Both the position numbers and the translations under genes were made by a program. From assembly GCA_963798285.1 (NCBI GenBank), contig CAWCSR010000003.1:784905-848904 (forward strand): a DNA stretch of 64,000 nt, in the 5' to 3' direction. Under the pieces are notes generated by a model. The model ran no database searches, was not told the origin of the DNA, and saw only the letters and a list, made by a program, of their open reading frames with translations. Source of the stretch: an uncultured Thermoleophilia bacterium (GTDB lineage Bacteria; Actinomycetota; Thermoleophilia; UBA2241). Position 1 is the first letter of the stretch. Each line of letters starts with the position of its first letter. Shown here in pieces: positions 42,708 to 53,282 of the stretch.

Positions 42708-43490
42708 CTATCGGCTCTCCTCCTCGGGCACGGGACAGATGTACTTGTCGAACGAAGCCGTGGACGGCACGAAGTCGATGAGCGTCTCCTCCCCATGGAA
42801 CGGATACTTGCGCGCCACCTGCACCCGGTCGTCCTCGATCCGGATGAGGTTGTAGCACGCCTTGGTGTTGCCCCGCAGACGCAGCGAAGAGCAGGTCCCG
42901 GCGTTGACGACGAAGAGGTGCTCGAGCCGCCACGCGTACGGCACGTGCTTGTGGCCGGAGAGAACGAGGTTAACGCCGCACTCCTGCAGTACTTCGAGCA
43001 GGTCGCCGGCGTCCAGGACCATGCTGCGCTCGCGCCCCGTGCCGGGGATCGGCAGCAGGTGGTGATGCAGCATGAAGATGCGAAACGCGGCGGGCCGGGC
43101 GTACTGCTCGCGCAGCCAGTCGTAGCGCGCCCGGCCGACCTGACCGTAGTCCAGGTCCGGCTCGCTCGAGTCGAGCGCGACGATGGCTACGTCGTCCATC
43201 ATCAGCGTCCGCACGCGCGGCCCGATGAGCTCTTCGAAGTGGAGGTAGCCCACGTTGCGCGAGTCGTGGTTGCCCGGCACGACGACCATCGGCGCCTCGA
43301 TGCGCCGCAGGTACTCGACCGCCGTCATGTAGTCCTGGCGGAAGCCCATCTCGGTGAGGTCGCCGGCGCACAGCACGATGTCCGGCTTGAGCTCGTTGAG
43401 CTCGATGACGACGCGGTCCATGAGGCTCGGGACGAAGTACGGCGAGCCGGCGTGGATGTCGCTGATGTGGGCGATGGTGAGCTCGGTCAC
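42708..43490 (-). CDS. Calcineurin-like metallophosphoesterase
   Basis: Intact 260-aa ORF with the canonical motifs DIHAG, GDLTE, GNHD, MLHHH and SGHKH. Confidence 0.88.
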   Translation of the reverse strand: MTELTIAHISDIHAGSPYFVPSLMDRVVIELNELKPDIVLCAGDLTEMGFRQDYMTAVEYLRRIEAPMVVVPGNHDSRNVGYLHFEELIGPRVRTLMMDDVAIVALDSSEPDLDYGQVGRARYDWLREQYARPAAFRIFMLHHHLLPIPGTGRERSMVLDAGDLLEVLQECGVNLVLSGHKHVPYAWRLEHLFVVNAGTCSSLRLRGNTKACYNLIRIEDDRVQVARKYPFHGEETLIDFVPSTASFDKYICPVPEEESR

Positions 43491-43521
43491 GGCGCTCGTC
43501 CCCCTAGGCTCGCTGAGGCGG

Positions 43522-45741
43522 CTACTCTACCACCACGATGCGGGCGGGCCCCTGCTTGTCGAGCACCGAGAAGCCGGTCTGCCCGCCTTCGCGACGGAAG
43601 CGCAGGCGCATGGTGGTGCGGCCGACGCGCAGGTTGCTGAGGGTCACCTCTCCCAGCCACCGCGGCAGCACCGGGTTGTGCACGTAGACGATGTTCTCCT
43701 CGGCCTGGGCGTAGATGCCGAGCATGGACTGCAGGACGAGGAACAGGGCCGCGGCCGAGTTGGCGTCGGGCGAGCACGCCATGGGGAACGAGACCGGCCG
43801 GTCGACCGCCTGCCGCGTGAAGCCGCAGAACATCTCCGGCAGGCGCGCGTACTCGTGCGCGGCGGCCGCCTCGACCAGGCCCCAGGCGAGGCGGTTGGCC
43901 TCCTGCACGTAGCCGTGCTTCTTGAAGCCGTTCGCGATGAGCGCCGTGTCGAACGGCCACACGCTCCCGTTGTAGAAGCTCACGGGGTTGTAGAAGCGCG
44001 AGTCCTTGCTCAGCGTGCGGATGCCCCACCCCGTGAACATGTCCGGCGCCATGAGGCGGCGCACAACGTCCGGGATGTGCTCCTCGGCCACGATCCGCGA
44101 CCACAGCGCGTGGCCGATGGTGGACGAGACGGAGCCCACCTGGCGCTTCGCCCCGTCGAGGGCCATGGCGAAGTATTGCTCGTCCTCCATCCAGAAGCGC
44201 TCGTTGAAGGAGCGTTTGAGGCGCGCGGCGCTCTGCGCCAGCTGCTCCGCGCGCTCCACGTCGCCGAGCTGCCCGTACACGGCGGCCAGCCGGCGCTTGG
44301 CGTAGTAGACGTAGCCCTGCGTCTCGGCGAGCGCGATCGGTCCCTCGGCCGGCGTGCCGTCGGCGTGCATGACCGCATCGAGCGAGTCGCGCCACCCCTG
44401 GTTGCGCAGGCCGACGCGGGAGCGGCGCTCGTACTCGACGAAGCCGTCGCCGTCCGGGTCGCCGGGCCCGTCGATCCAGGCGAGCGCGGCGTCGACGGCA
44501 CCCGCGCGCAGCTCGAACCCGTCGAGGTCGCCGGTCCACACGGCCAGCTCGGCGACCAGCAGCAGCCAGAGCGCCGTGGAGTCCACAGAGCCGAAGTACG
44601 GCGTGTGCGGCACGGCGCGCAGGGCGGCGAGCTCCCCGCGCCGCAGCTCGTGCATGATCTTGCCGGGCTGCTCCTCGCGGAAGGCGTTGTCGACGCGTGC
44701 CCTGGTGGCGGGCGAGGAACGAGACCGCCGACCGCGCCCAGCGCAGGTCGAGGAGCAGCGTCTCGAGGCCGACGAACGCCATCTCGCGGCCGAACGGCGC
44801 CACGAACCACGGCAGGCCGGCGAGCGGCACCCGCTCCCCGCTGACCACCGTGGAGAGCAGCCGCAGGTCGTCCTGGCCGCGGCGCAGGACGCGGTTCAGC
44901 TGGTCGTTGTCGGTGAAGATGTCGGTGGCTTCGGATTCCCAGCGCTCGTGCTCGTGGCGGAGCGCGCCGATGCGCGCATTGAACTCGCCACCGGCCTCGC
45001 CCGGCGCCTCCGGGCCGACCACCTGGACGTCGTAGCTGATGACGGCGCGCTCGCCGGCGCGGCAGGCGCAGGCGAAAGCGCGCCCGTCCCTGCTTGAGCG
45101 ATTCCGGGTGGTCGTGGAAGCGGATGATCGTCTGGCGCGTGACATCGTCCAGTCCGAGATACGAGAGCGTGAGAGCGCCGTCACTGGTGCTCGGTGCGAG
45201 GCGCGAGCCGCGGCGCCGGCGGCGACTGCCGCGGACCTCGAACAGGTCGGCGAAGTCGGCGTCGAAGTGCAGGTCGACGACGAGCTCGACCTCGCGCTGG
45301 TGGTAGTTGCGCACGCGCAGCAGCTCGTAGAGGCGGTCGGAGACGAAGCGCGTGCGGCGCACGTGCACGCTGGCCTGCGGCAGTGTGTGCCCGTCGCGAC
45401 GGTGCGCGACTCGAGGTTGGTCAGCTCGATGGTCGCCGCGTACCCGCGGTCGGCGCTCGACGCTGAGGAGCACCGGCTGGCGGCCGGCGATGGTGAGCTC
45501 GTAGCGGCTGAGGTAGCGAGTGTCCCGGTGGTAGAGCCCGAGCACCGAGTTCTCGCGTCCCGGGCACCTGTCCGAGCTCGTCGGTGTACAGGAAGAGGTC
45601 GCCTTCCTTGATCGCGAGGCGAGACGCGCGCCCGCCGCTCATCACGTAGCGCTCGGCGCTCGTGGTGGTGACGACGGGTTCCTCCGCCGGGCGCTCGCGC
45701 CCCGAGGGCTGCCGATCTGGTGGTTCCTGGGACGCGCTCAT
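43522..45741 (-). pseudogene. Amylo-alpha-1,6-glucosidase (glycogen-debranching GDE) family glycosidase (at least five frameshifts)
   Basis: The C-terminal (alpha/alpha)6 part is intact in ORF 43522..44655 (GFVEYERRS..GLRNQGWRDS, ETQGYVY, YNGSVWPFD). N-terminal GDE_N-like pieces are in ORFs 45421..45741, 44010..45545 and 43487..46144. Confidence 0.8.
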
Positions 45742-45810
45742 CGGCTCGGCCGTATCCTTTCGGGCTCGTTCCTGCCGGCGGACGCCGCAGCGACGCCGCC
45801 GCCGGGGTTC

Positions 45811-46999
45811 TTACCCCGTCGCCTCGAGGAACAGCCGCATGAGCGCGGCGCCGTCCCTGACGACGAGGCCGGTCGCGGCCGCCTGCGTCTCGCCGTAGTC
45901 CATGGCGCCACCGCCGCCGGCGCCCGGCAGCGACTCGCTGATGACGAACGGTACCGGGCCGGACGCGTGCGTGCGCGTGCGCACCGGCGTGAGGTGGTCG
46001 GGGACCACCAGCACGCCGGGACGCGGGCCGTGCACGGCCATGATGGGCGCGAGCACCTCCGCGTCGATGCGCTCGATGGCGCGGACCTTCTCGCGCAGGT
46101 CGCCCATGTGGCCGGCCTCGTCCGGCGCCTCGACGTGGATCCACACGAGGTCGTGGTCCTCGAGCGCCAGCAGGGCGGCGCGGGCCTTGGCTCCGTAGTC
46201 GGTGTCGAGACCTCCGGTGGCGCCGGGCACGTCGATCACGTCGAGCCCGGCGAGCCGGCCGATCCCGCGCACGAGGTCGACGGCGCCGACCACGGCGCCG
46301 CTCAGCCCGAAGTGCTCGCGGAAGGGCGAGATCTTCGGCGCCGTGCCCTCACCCCAGAACCACGCGCTCGTGTCCGGGCGCGGACGCGCTCCAGTACCTC
46401 GTCCGCGCGCGCCTGGAGCGCGGTGAGCTCGGCCGCCGGCGAGCCCTCGCCGGCCACGCCGGCCTGCTCGCCGGGCAGATGCCCGGCGACCGGCTGGTCG
46501 AGGATGTCGTGCGGCGGCGTGCACGGCACGACCGCGCCGCCGCGCCACACGAAGAGGTGCCGGTAGCTCACGCCCGAGGTGGAACTCGTAGGCGTCGCCG
46601 CCCAGCTCGGCCTGCAGCGCCTCGATAGCACGGTCTGGCCTCGTCGGTGGAGATGTGGCCGGCCGTGTTGTCCTTCATCACGCCGTCCGGCGATCGTCAC
46701 GAGGTTGCAGCCGGTAGGAGACGTCGTCCGGGCCGAGCTCGACGCCGATGGCTGGCCGCCTCGAGCGGGCTGCGCCCGCTGAAGACGGCGGCCGGGTCGT
46801 ACCCGAGTACGGCCAGGTTGGCGACGTCGCTGCCCGGCGACATGCCGTCGGGCACGGTCCACGCGAGGCCGCAGGTGCCGCCGCGCGCGAGCGAATCCAT
46901 GACCGGCGTGTCGGCGGCCTCCAGCGGCGTCTTGCCGCCGAGCGCCGCCTGTGGCTCGTCGGCCATGCCGTCGGGGACGAGGAGCACGCGCTTGCGCAT
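45811..46999 (-). pseudogene. apgM: Archaeal-type cofactor-independent phosphoglycerate mutase ApgM (at least three frameshifts)
   Basis: N-terminus [41 protein letters not shown]...[15 protein letters not shown] (ORF 46697..46999). C-terminus LVWIHVEAPDEAGHMGD...VVPDHLTPV (ORF 45811..46548). The middle part is in ORF 46302..46862. Confidence 0.85.
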
Positions 47000-47048
47000 C
47001 AGGTCCTCCCCGCCTGAGAACGTCGCCCGGTCATGCGGCCGGCGTCGC

Positions 47049-48245
47049 TCACGCCGAGCCGCCCAGCACCATGAGCGGCAGACCGGCCAGCCCGTCGTAC
47101 TTGGGACGATAGCGCTCGGTGTCGTAGCAGCGCGCGACGTCGACGACCTTCTTGGTGGAGACGACCTCCTCGATCGGCACCGAGCCGTAGTGGCCGCCGG
47201 CCAGCGCGACCATGCGGCCGGTCTCGCCCTTGAGGATCAGGTCGACGGCGAGGTTGCCGTAGGCGGTCGGCACGATGCAGTCGATCGCGTCCGGCGCGCC
47301 GCTGCGCACCAGGTAGCTCAGGTTCATGCTGATCATGTCGATCTTCTTGCCGCCGTTGTACTGCGGCGCCAGCTCCTTGATCTTGTTGCTCACGTTCTGG
47401 CCGATACCGCCGAGCTTGGCGTGGCCGAACATGTCCTTCTCGCCGCCCATGAACACCATCTCGCCACCGGACGGCATGGCGCCCTCGCTGACGATGCAGA
47501 CCGAGTAGCCCTCGGGGCGGCCGTTGCGGTCGGCGACGAGGAGCTCGGTGAGCTTCTCCATGTCGAACTCGGCCTCGGGGATCACGCAGCGGTCGGCCGC
47601 GCCGGCAAACGTCGGCAGCAGCGCCGTGAAGCCGGCGTAGCGGCCGAAGACCTCGAGCACGACGATGCGCTCGTGCGAGGCGGCCGAGCTGGTCACCTGG
47701 CGCGCCATCTCGATGGTGCGGTTCACGCAGGTGCCGAAGCCCATGCAGTAGTCGGTGCCGGGCACGTCGTTGTCCATGGTCTTGGGGATGGCGACCACGG
47801 GGAAGCCGCGGCGGCCGAGCTCGACGCCGTAGCTGAGCGTGTCGTCGCCGCCGGCCGGCACCAGGTAGTCGATGCCGAGGAACTCCAGGTTCGCGATCAC
47901 TTCATCGGTGAGGTCGTTCTTCTCGGCCGTGTACTTGTCCTTGAGGTGCGCCGGGACGTCCTTGGGCGGCACCGTGCTCGGGCGCGTCCGCGACGAGTGC
48001 AGGAACGTACCGCCGGAGTACGCGTAGCGCTCGACGATGCCCTTGTCGAGCGGCACGACCCACTCGCTGTTGTCGGCGCCGGCGTCGCGCTTGAGCTGGA
48101 TGAGTCCGGCCCAGCCGCGGCGGATGCCGACGACCTCGAAGCCCTCGCTGAGGGCGCGCAGCGTGACGCCGCGGATGGCCTGGTTGAGGCCGGGGATGTC
48201 GCCGCCGCCCGTGAGGATGCCGATGCGGCCCTTCTTCTCAGTCAT
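47049..48245 (-). CDS. pfp: 6-phosphofructokinase, predicted pyrophosphate-dependent type
   Basis: Intact 398-aa ORF with [13 protein letters not shown], then GGDDT (Asp where ATP-PFKs have Gly) and PKTMDNDV (Lys where ATP-PFKs have Gly). Confidence 0.85.
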   Translation of the reverse strand: MTEKKGRIGILTGGGDIPGLNQAIRGVTLRALSEGFEVVGIRRGWAGLIQLKRDAGADNSEWVVPLDKGIVERYAYSGGTFLHSSRTRPSTVPPKDVPAHLKDKYTAEKNDLTDEVIANLEFLGIDYLVPAGGDDTLSYGVELGRRGFPVVAIPKTMDNDVPGTDYCMGFGTCVNRTIEMARQVTSSAASHERIVVLEVFGRYAGFTALLPTFAGAADRCVIPEAEFDMEKLTELLVADRNGRPEGYSVCIVSEGAMPSGGEMVFMGGEKDMFGHAKLGGIGQNVSNKIKELAPQYNGGKKIDMISMNLSYLVRSGAPDAIDCIVPTAYGNLAVDLILKGETGRMVALAGGHYGSVPIEEVVSTKKVVDVARCYDTERYRPKYDGLAGLPLMVLGGSA

Positions 48246-48322
48246 GCTGTCTCCTCTCCTCTGGGGGCGCCGCAGGTGGTGATGCTCCGGCGCCCCGCTC
48301 CAAAGTCCGCCTCGATCGCTGT

Positions 48323-49600
48323 TCAGGCATCGCCTTCTACGCGGATGACGGCCGGCTCGCCGTGCACGTCCGGCAGCGCACTGATCCTGTCGAGGGCGCC
48401 GAAGAACTGCTCCTCGCGGACCGGGTGCAGCAGCAGCACGAGCTCGGCCTCGTCGCCGCCGCCCTCCTGGACCATGCTCCGGATGCTGACGCCGTGGTCG
48501 CCGAACAGCGCGCTCACCTTGGCGAGCACGCCCGGCTGGTCGTTCACTCTCAACCTGAGGTAGAACCTTGAGACCATTTCGGCGTCCGGGAAGAACGGGA
48601 CGTCCTTGTAGCAGAGGCAGTTCTGCACGAAGCTGCCCTTCACCGTATTGACCACCGAGATGATGTCGCCGATCACGGCGGAGGCCGTCGGCACGCTCCC
48701 GGCGCCGGGGCCGAAGAGCATGATCTCGTCGAACGCGTCGCTGGTCAGGAAGACGGCGTTGTAGGCGCCGGTGACGCCGGCCAGCGGGTGCGCCCTGGGC
48801 AGGAAGGCCGGGTACACGCGCACGTTCATCCGGCCGTCGATGAGCTTGGCCACGCCGAGCAGCTTGGCGACGAGGCCGAGCCGCACGCCGTGAGCGATGT
48901 CGGTGGACGACACCTTGGTGATGCCTTCGTAGGGGACATCGTCGAGGCCGGTGCGGCTGTGGAAGGCGATCGAACTCAGGATCGCCATCTTGGCCGCGGC
49001 GTCCTTGCCGCCGACGTCCTCCGTCGGGTCGGCCTCGGCGTAGCCGAGCCGCTGGGCCTCCTTGAGCACGTCGTCGTAGCCGGCCCCGGTCGCGGCCATC
49101 TCGCTCAGCATGTAGTTCGTCGTGCCGTTCACGATGCCGAACACCGTGTTCACCTCGGCCGCGACCAGCGACTCGCGCAGCACCTTGATGACGGGGACGG
49201 CGCCGACGGCGCTCGCCTCGAAGCGCAGGTGGACGCCGGTCTCCTCGGCGGCGGCGAAGAGCTCGGCGCCGTGCTGCGCAAGGAGCTGCTTGTTGGCCGT
49301 GACGACGTCCTTGCCGGCCTTGAGCGCGCGGAGCTGGAAGTCGAGCGCCGCGCCCGTGCCGCCGATGAGCTCGACGACGATCGAGATCTCCGGGTCGTCC
49401 AGGATGTCCTCGATGCGCGTCGTCACGAGACCGGGCTCGAGATCCGGGTGGCTGAAGCCCGGGTCTTTCTCGAGCACGCGCTTGAGCACGACCTGCTTGC
49501 CGGTCGCCAGCGTGATGTCGCCGGCGTTCTTCTTGAGGAGCTTGCCTACGCCGGACCCGACGGTGCCGAACCCGAGGAGCCCGATGCCTACCTTGTCCAC
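48323..49600 (-). CDS. hom: Homoserine dehydrogenase (with C-terminal ACT domain)
   Basis: Intact 425-aa ORF with GLLGFGTVGSGV, ANKQLLA, and an ACT-like tail RFYLRLRVNDQPGVLAKVSALFGDHGVSI. Confidence 0.92.
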   Translation of the reverse strand: MDKVGIGLLGFGTVGSGVGKLLKKNAGDITLATGKQVVLKRVLEKDPGFSHPDLEPGLVTTRIEDILDDPEISIVVELIGGTGAALDFQLRALKAGKDVVTANKQLLAQHGAELFAAAEETGVHLRFEASAVGAVPVIKVLRESLVAAEVNTVFGIVNGTTNYMLSEMAATGAGYDDVLKEAQRLGYAEADPTEDVGGKDAAAKMAILSSIAFHSRTGLDDVPYEGITKVSSTDIAHGVRLGLVAKLLGVAKLIDGRMNVRVYPAFLPRAHPLAGVTGAYNAVFLTSDAFDEIMLFGPGAGSVPTASAVIGDIISVVNTVKGSFVQNCLCYKDVPFFPDAEMVSRFYLRLRVNDQPGVLAKVSALFGDHGVSIRSMVQEGGGDEAELVLLLHPVREEQFFGALDRISALPDVHGEPAVIRVEGDA

Positions 49601-49625
49601 TGTGGTCCCCCCCGCGTCCGCCGGG

Positions 49626-50945
49626 TCATGGGGCGAGCGGCCGCTGCAGGCGCACCACGTCGTCCCAGGTCTCTCGCTCGATGATCACGTGTGCGCGTCC
49701 GTCACCGACAAGGACCACGGCCGGGCGCGGCTGCGCATTGTAGTTGTTGGCCATCGCGTAGCCGTAGGCGCCGGTGCTGGGCGTCACGAGGATGTCGCCC
49801 GGCTGGGGCGGCGCGATGTACACGTCGCGCACCAGCACGTCGCCGGACTCGCAGTGCTTGCCGGCGACGGTCACCACGTCGGTCGCCGCCTCCTCGGCCT
49901 TGTTGGCCAGCATGGCCTCGTACTTGGAGTCGTAGAGCATCGGCCGCAGGTTGTCGCTCATGCCGCCGTCCACGGCCACGTAGGTGCGCACGCCGGGGAT
50001 GACCTTCACGGTCCCCACGGTGTAGGCGGTGACGGCCGCCTTGCCGGCGATGCTGCGCCCCGGCTCGACGAACAGCTTGGGCATCGGGATGTCGTGCTTC
50101 TCGGCGCCGGCGCGGACCGCGGTCACGGCGATCTCCGCGAACTCGCCGATAGAACTGGGCTGGTCGGACGGGATGTAGCGGATGCCGAGGCCGCCGCCGA
50201 TGTTGAAGATGCAGCACTCGAAGCCGAAGTCGCGGCGCCACTCGTCGATGGCGATGAAGAGCACCTCCACCTCGCGCTGGTACGAGTCGAGCTCGAAGAT
50301 CTGCGAGCCGATGTGCGCGTGCACGCCGACGAGCCTCAGATGGGGCGCCTCCCCGAGGCGGCGGACCGCCTCGTGCGCGCGCCCGTCGGCCAGTCCGAAG
50401 CCGAACTTGCTGTCCTGCTGGCCGGTCTGGACGAAGTCGTGCGTGTTGGGACGCACGCCCGGCGTGACGCGCACGAGCACGTCCTGCGAGCGGCCGCGGG
50501 CCGCCGCGGCGGCCTCCAGCCGCTCGATCTCCTCGAACGAGTCGACGACGAAGTGGCCGATACCGGCGTCCAGGCCGGACTCGATCTCGGCCACCGACTT
50601 GTTGTTGCCGTGGAAGTAGATGCGCCCGGCCGGGAAGCCGGCGGCGCGCGCGGCAGCCAGTTCGCCGCCGGTCGCGACGTCGAGCGAGAGGTCCTCCTGC
50701 GCGATCAGCTCCGCCATGGCGCGGCAGCTGAACGCCTTGCTTGCGTACACGATCTCGTAGAGGTCCGTGCGCGCGCCGAAGGCGGCGCGGTAGGCGCGGC
50801 ACTGGTCGCGCAGCGTCTGCTCGTCGTAGATGAACAGCGGCGTGCCGAAGTCGCGCGCCAGGTCGACGACGTCGCAGCCGCCGATCTCGAGGTGGCCGGC
50901 GGCGTTGTGAACCGTCGTGTGCGGATAGATGAGCGTGTGCGTCAC
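49626..50945 (-). CDS. lysA: Diaminopimelate decarboxylase
   Basis: GTG at 50945 follows GGAGG. Signatures: YASKAF (PLP lysine), HIGSQ, GGGLG, EPGRSI, CESGD. The listed ORF 49626..51311 over-extends upstream. Confidence 0.92.
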   Translation of the reverse strand: MTHTLIYPHTTVHNAAGHLEIGGCDVVDLARDFGTPLFIYDEQTLRDQCRAYRAAFGARTDLYEIVYASKAFSCRAMAELIAQEDLSLDVATGGELAAARAAGFPAGRIYFHGNNKSVAEIESGLDAGIGHFVVDSFEEIERLEAAAAARGRSQDVLVRVTPGVRPNTHDFVQTGQQDSKFGFGLADGRAHEAVRRLGEAPHLRLVGVHAHIGSQIFELDSYQREVEVLFIAIDEWRRDFGFECCIFNIGGGLGIRYIPSDQPSSIGEFAEIAVTAVRAGAEKHDIPMPKLFVEPGRSIAGKAAVTAYTVGTVKVIPGVRTYVAVDGGMSDNLRPMLYDSKYEAMLANKAEEAATDVVTVAGKHCESGDVLVRDVYIAPPQPGDILVTPSTGAYGYAMANNYNAQPRPAVVLVGDGRAHVIIERETWDDVVRLQRPLAP

Positions 50946-50958
50946 GGTGCGGCCTCCG

Positions 50959-51490
50959 TCAGAACTCGATGCCCGGCCGCGCCTGGACGCCGGCGTCGTA
51001 GTAGTGCTTGAGCGGCCGCATCTCGGTGGCCAGGTCGGCCGCCGCGACGAGCTCGTCCGGACGCGCGGCGGCCGGTGATCACCAGCTCCACGGCCGCCGG
51101 CTTGGCGGCGATGAGCTCGAGGACGCTGCTCAGCGGGACGAGCTCGAAGAACACGGCGGTCACGAGCTCGTCCAGCACCACCACGTCGTAGTCCTCGCTC
51201 TCGACCAGCGTTCGCGCGCGGTCGAAGCCTTCGGCCGCCGCGGCCCGGTCCTCGGCGGAGACCTTGCCGGCGCGCACCCAGTGGTCGAGGCCGCACTGCT
51301 GCACCGGGCACGCCCAGCCTGCGTGAGCGTGACGATCTCGCCCCAGCTCGGGTCGGCCTTCATGAACTGGAGCACGCGCCGGGCGCAGCCCCTGGCCGAG
51401 CGCGCGCAGCACCAGGCCGAGCGCGGCAGTGGTCTTGCCCTTGCCGTCGCCCGTGTAGAGCTGGACGTAGCCGTGCTCGAGCGGCGTCAC
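50959..51490 (-). pseudogene. cobO: Cob(I)yrinic acid a,c-diamide adenosyltransferase (CobO/BtuR type; two frameshifts)
   Basis: GTG at 51490, 7 nt after the hbd stop. Pieces: [26 protein letters not shown], then [12 protein letters not shown] (ORF 51160..51375), then [10 protein letters not shown]...VITGR, then ...GIEF* (TGA at 50959-50961). Confidence 0.8.
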
Positions 51491-51497
51491 CGGTGCG

Positions 51498-52356
51498 TCA
51501 CTTCTCGTAGTCGTAGAAGCCGGAGCCGCGTCTTGCGCCCGAGCTTGCCGGCTTCCACCAGCTCGACCAGCGACGGAGCTCGGCGAGTACTTGCCGTCGC
51601 CGAGCTCCTGCTCGAGCGTCTCGAGGATCGCCTTCGTGGTGTCGAGCCCGACGAGGTCGGCGAGCGCCAGCGGGCCCATCGGCCAGTTGGCGCCGAGCTT
51701 CATGCCGGTGTCGATGTCCTCGGCGCTGGCCACGCCCTCGTACGCAGGCGTTGGCGGCCTCGTTGATCATCGGGAAGAGGATGCGGTTGACGACGAAGCC
51801 GGGCGAGTCCTTGACGGTGATCGCCGTCTTGCCGACGGCCTCGGCGAACGCCCTGGCGGCGGCGACGGTGTCGTCGCGTCGTCTGGTCGCCGGCCACGAC
51901 CTCGACCAGCGCCATCATCGGCACGGGGTTGAAGAAGTGGATGCCGACGAAGCGCGCGGGGACGGTCACGAAGGCGGCCAGCTTGGTCACCGACAGGCTC
52001 GAGGTGTTGGTGGCGATGATGGCCTCCGGACGCAGCGTGGCCGCGGCCTTCTCGAAGAGGCCCTGCTTGATCTCCATGGACTCGGGCGCCGCCTCGATGA
52101 ACAGGTCGGCGTCGGCGCCGGCGGCGATGTCCGTGCTCGTCGTGATGCGCGCGAGGGCGGCGTCGCGCGCGCCGGCCTCCATGCGGCCCTTCTCGACCAT
52201 CCGGCCGAGGCCCTTCTCGATGCCGGCCATGCCTCTGGCGATGAACTCCTCGGCCACGTCGATCATGACCACGTCGATGCCGGCCACGGCCGAGACCTGG
52301 GCGATACCGGCGCCCATCTGTCCGGCGCCGGCGACGAGCAGCTTGTTGACACTCAC
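51498..52356 (-). pseudogene. hbd: 3-hydroxyacyl/3-hydroxybutyryl-CoA dehydrogenase (about three frameshifts)
   Basis: MSVNKLLVAGAGQMGAGIAQV...IATNTSSLSVT...GIHFFNPVPMM (ORF 51700..52356). The C-terminal parts are MINEAANA.., [29 protein letters not shown] and ...GFYDYEK*, in other frames. Confidence 0.85.
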
Positions 52357-52508
52357 GGCGATCCTCCTGTGCTTGCAGCGTGGCCCATCAGGTGGCCGCC
52401 GCGCGGTGCTGTCCCCTCGGGACGAGAGAGGACAATGCTACCGCAGGGCGCCCGACGGAGTACACGTCGCGGAAGACAGGACCACATGGGTCCTGTTACC
52501 ATGCAGGA

Positions 52509-53191
52509 ATGACCGACGCGCCCAGGATCATCAGCTGTGAGGTGCTGCGCAACGAGATCGAGGCCGTCGTCGAACGCGACGGCCGCGGCCTCCGAGGTCG
52601 ACTTCGTCGACGGCGCGCTCCACGACTACCCGGACAGGATGCGCGCCGCGCTCCAGGAGCGCATCGACGCCACGCCGGGCGACTGCGACATCTGCCTCTC
52701 GTGCGCCCGCTGCAGCAACGGCACGGTCGGCCTGAAGGGCGGCGAGCATCGCCTGGTGCTTCCGGCCGCCGACGACTGCATCTCCCTGCTGCTCGGCTCG
52801 CGCGCCCGCTACCTCGCGGAGCACGGCGCCCAGCCCGGCACCTACTACTACACGCGAGGCTGGGTCGACTTCATCGACGACCCGTACAAGGAGTACCTCG
52901 CACATCCTCCCCAAGTACGGCGAGGAGAAGGCCGCCTACGTGGCCCGGCTGATCATGGAGAATTACACGCGTCTCGCGATCATCGAGACGCCCGGCGTCA
53001 AGGGGCTCGAGGACAAGCGGGAGTACCTGCAGACGGTGAGCCGCTTCTACGATCTGCCGCTCGAGCACCTCACCGGCTCGCTGCGCTTCCTCGAGAAGCT
53101 GGTGGCGGGGCCGCACGACGAGGAGTTCATCTGCGTCGAGCCCGGCGACCACCTCGACGAGTCACGCTTCTGGGAGCTCTCGAGCGCCTGA
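52509..53191 (+). pseudogene. DUF1638-like protein (two frameshifts near 52585 and 52900)
   Basis: MTDAPRIISCEVLRNEIEAVV... then EVDFVDGALHDYPDRMRAALQERI...LVLPAADDCISLLLGSRARY...GTYYYTRGW then ...ARLIMENYTRLAIIETPG.... The pattern matches my recollection of DUF1638, a family linked to corrinoid-dependent systems. Confidence 0.55.
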
Positions 53192-53282
53192 CGCCTGGCG
53201 GGGCCGTGCGCCTGGTCTCCGACATCCGAGCCGGTTCACCGGCTCGTCGGCGCTCCCTCGACAGCTCGGCCACGCGGACTGA

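Noticed and set aside
52357-52508. A cobalamin riboswitch in the hbd / DUF1638 divergent intergenic region.
   Set aside because: There is only a vague resemblance (ggaagacaggacc versus the B12-box) and an 8-bp hairpin (acaggacc/ggtcctgt). The conserved GGGAA / GGTGAAA / GCCACTG elements are not visible.
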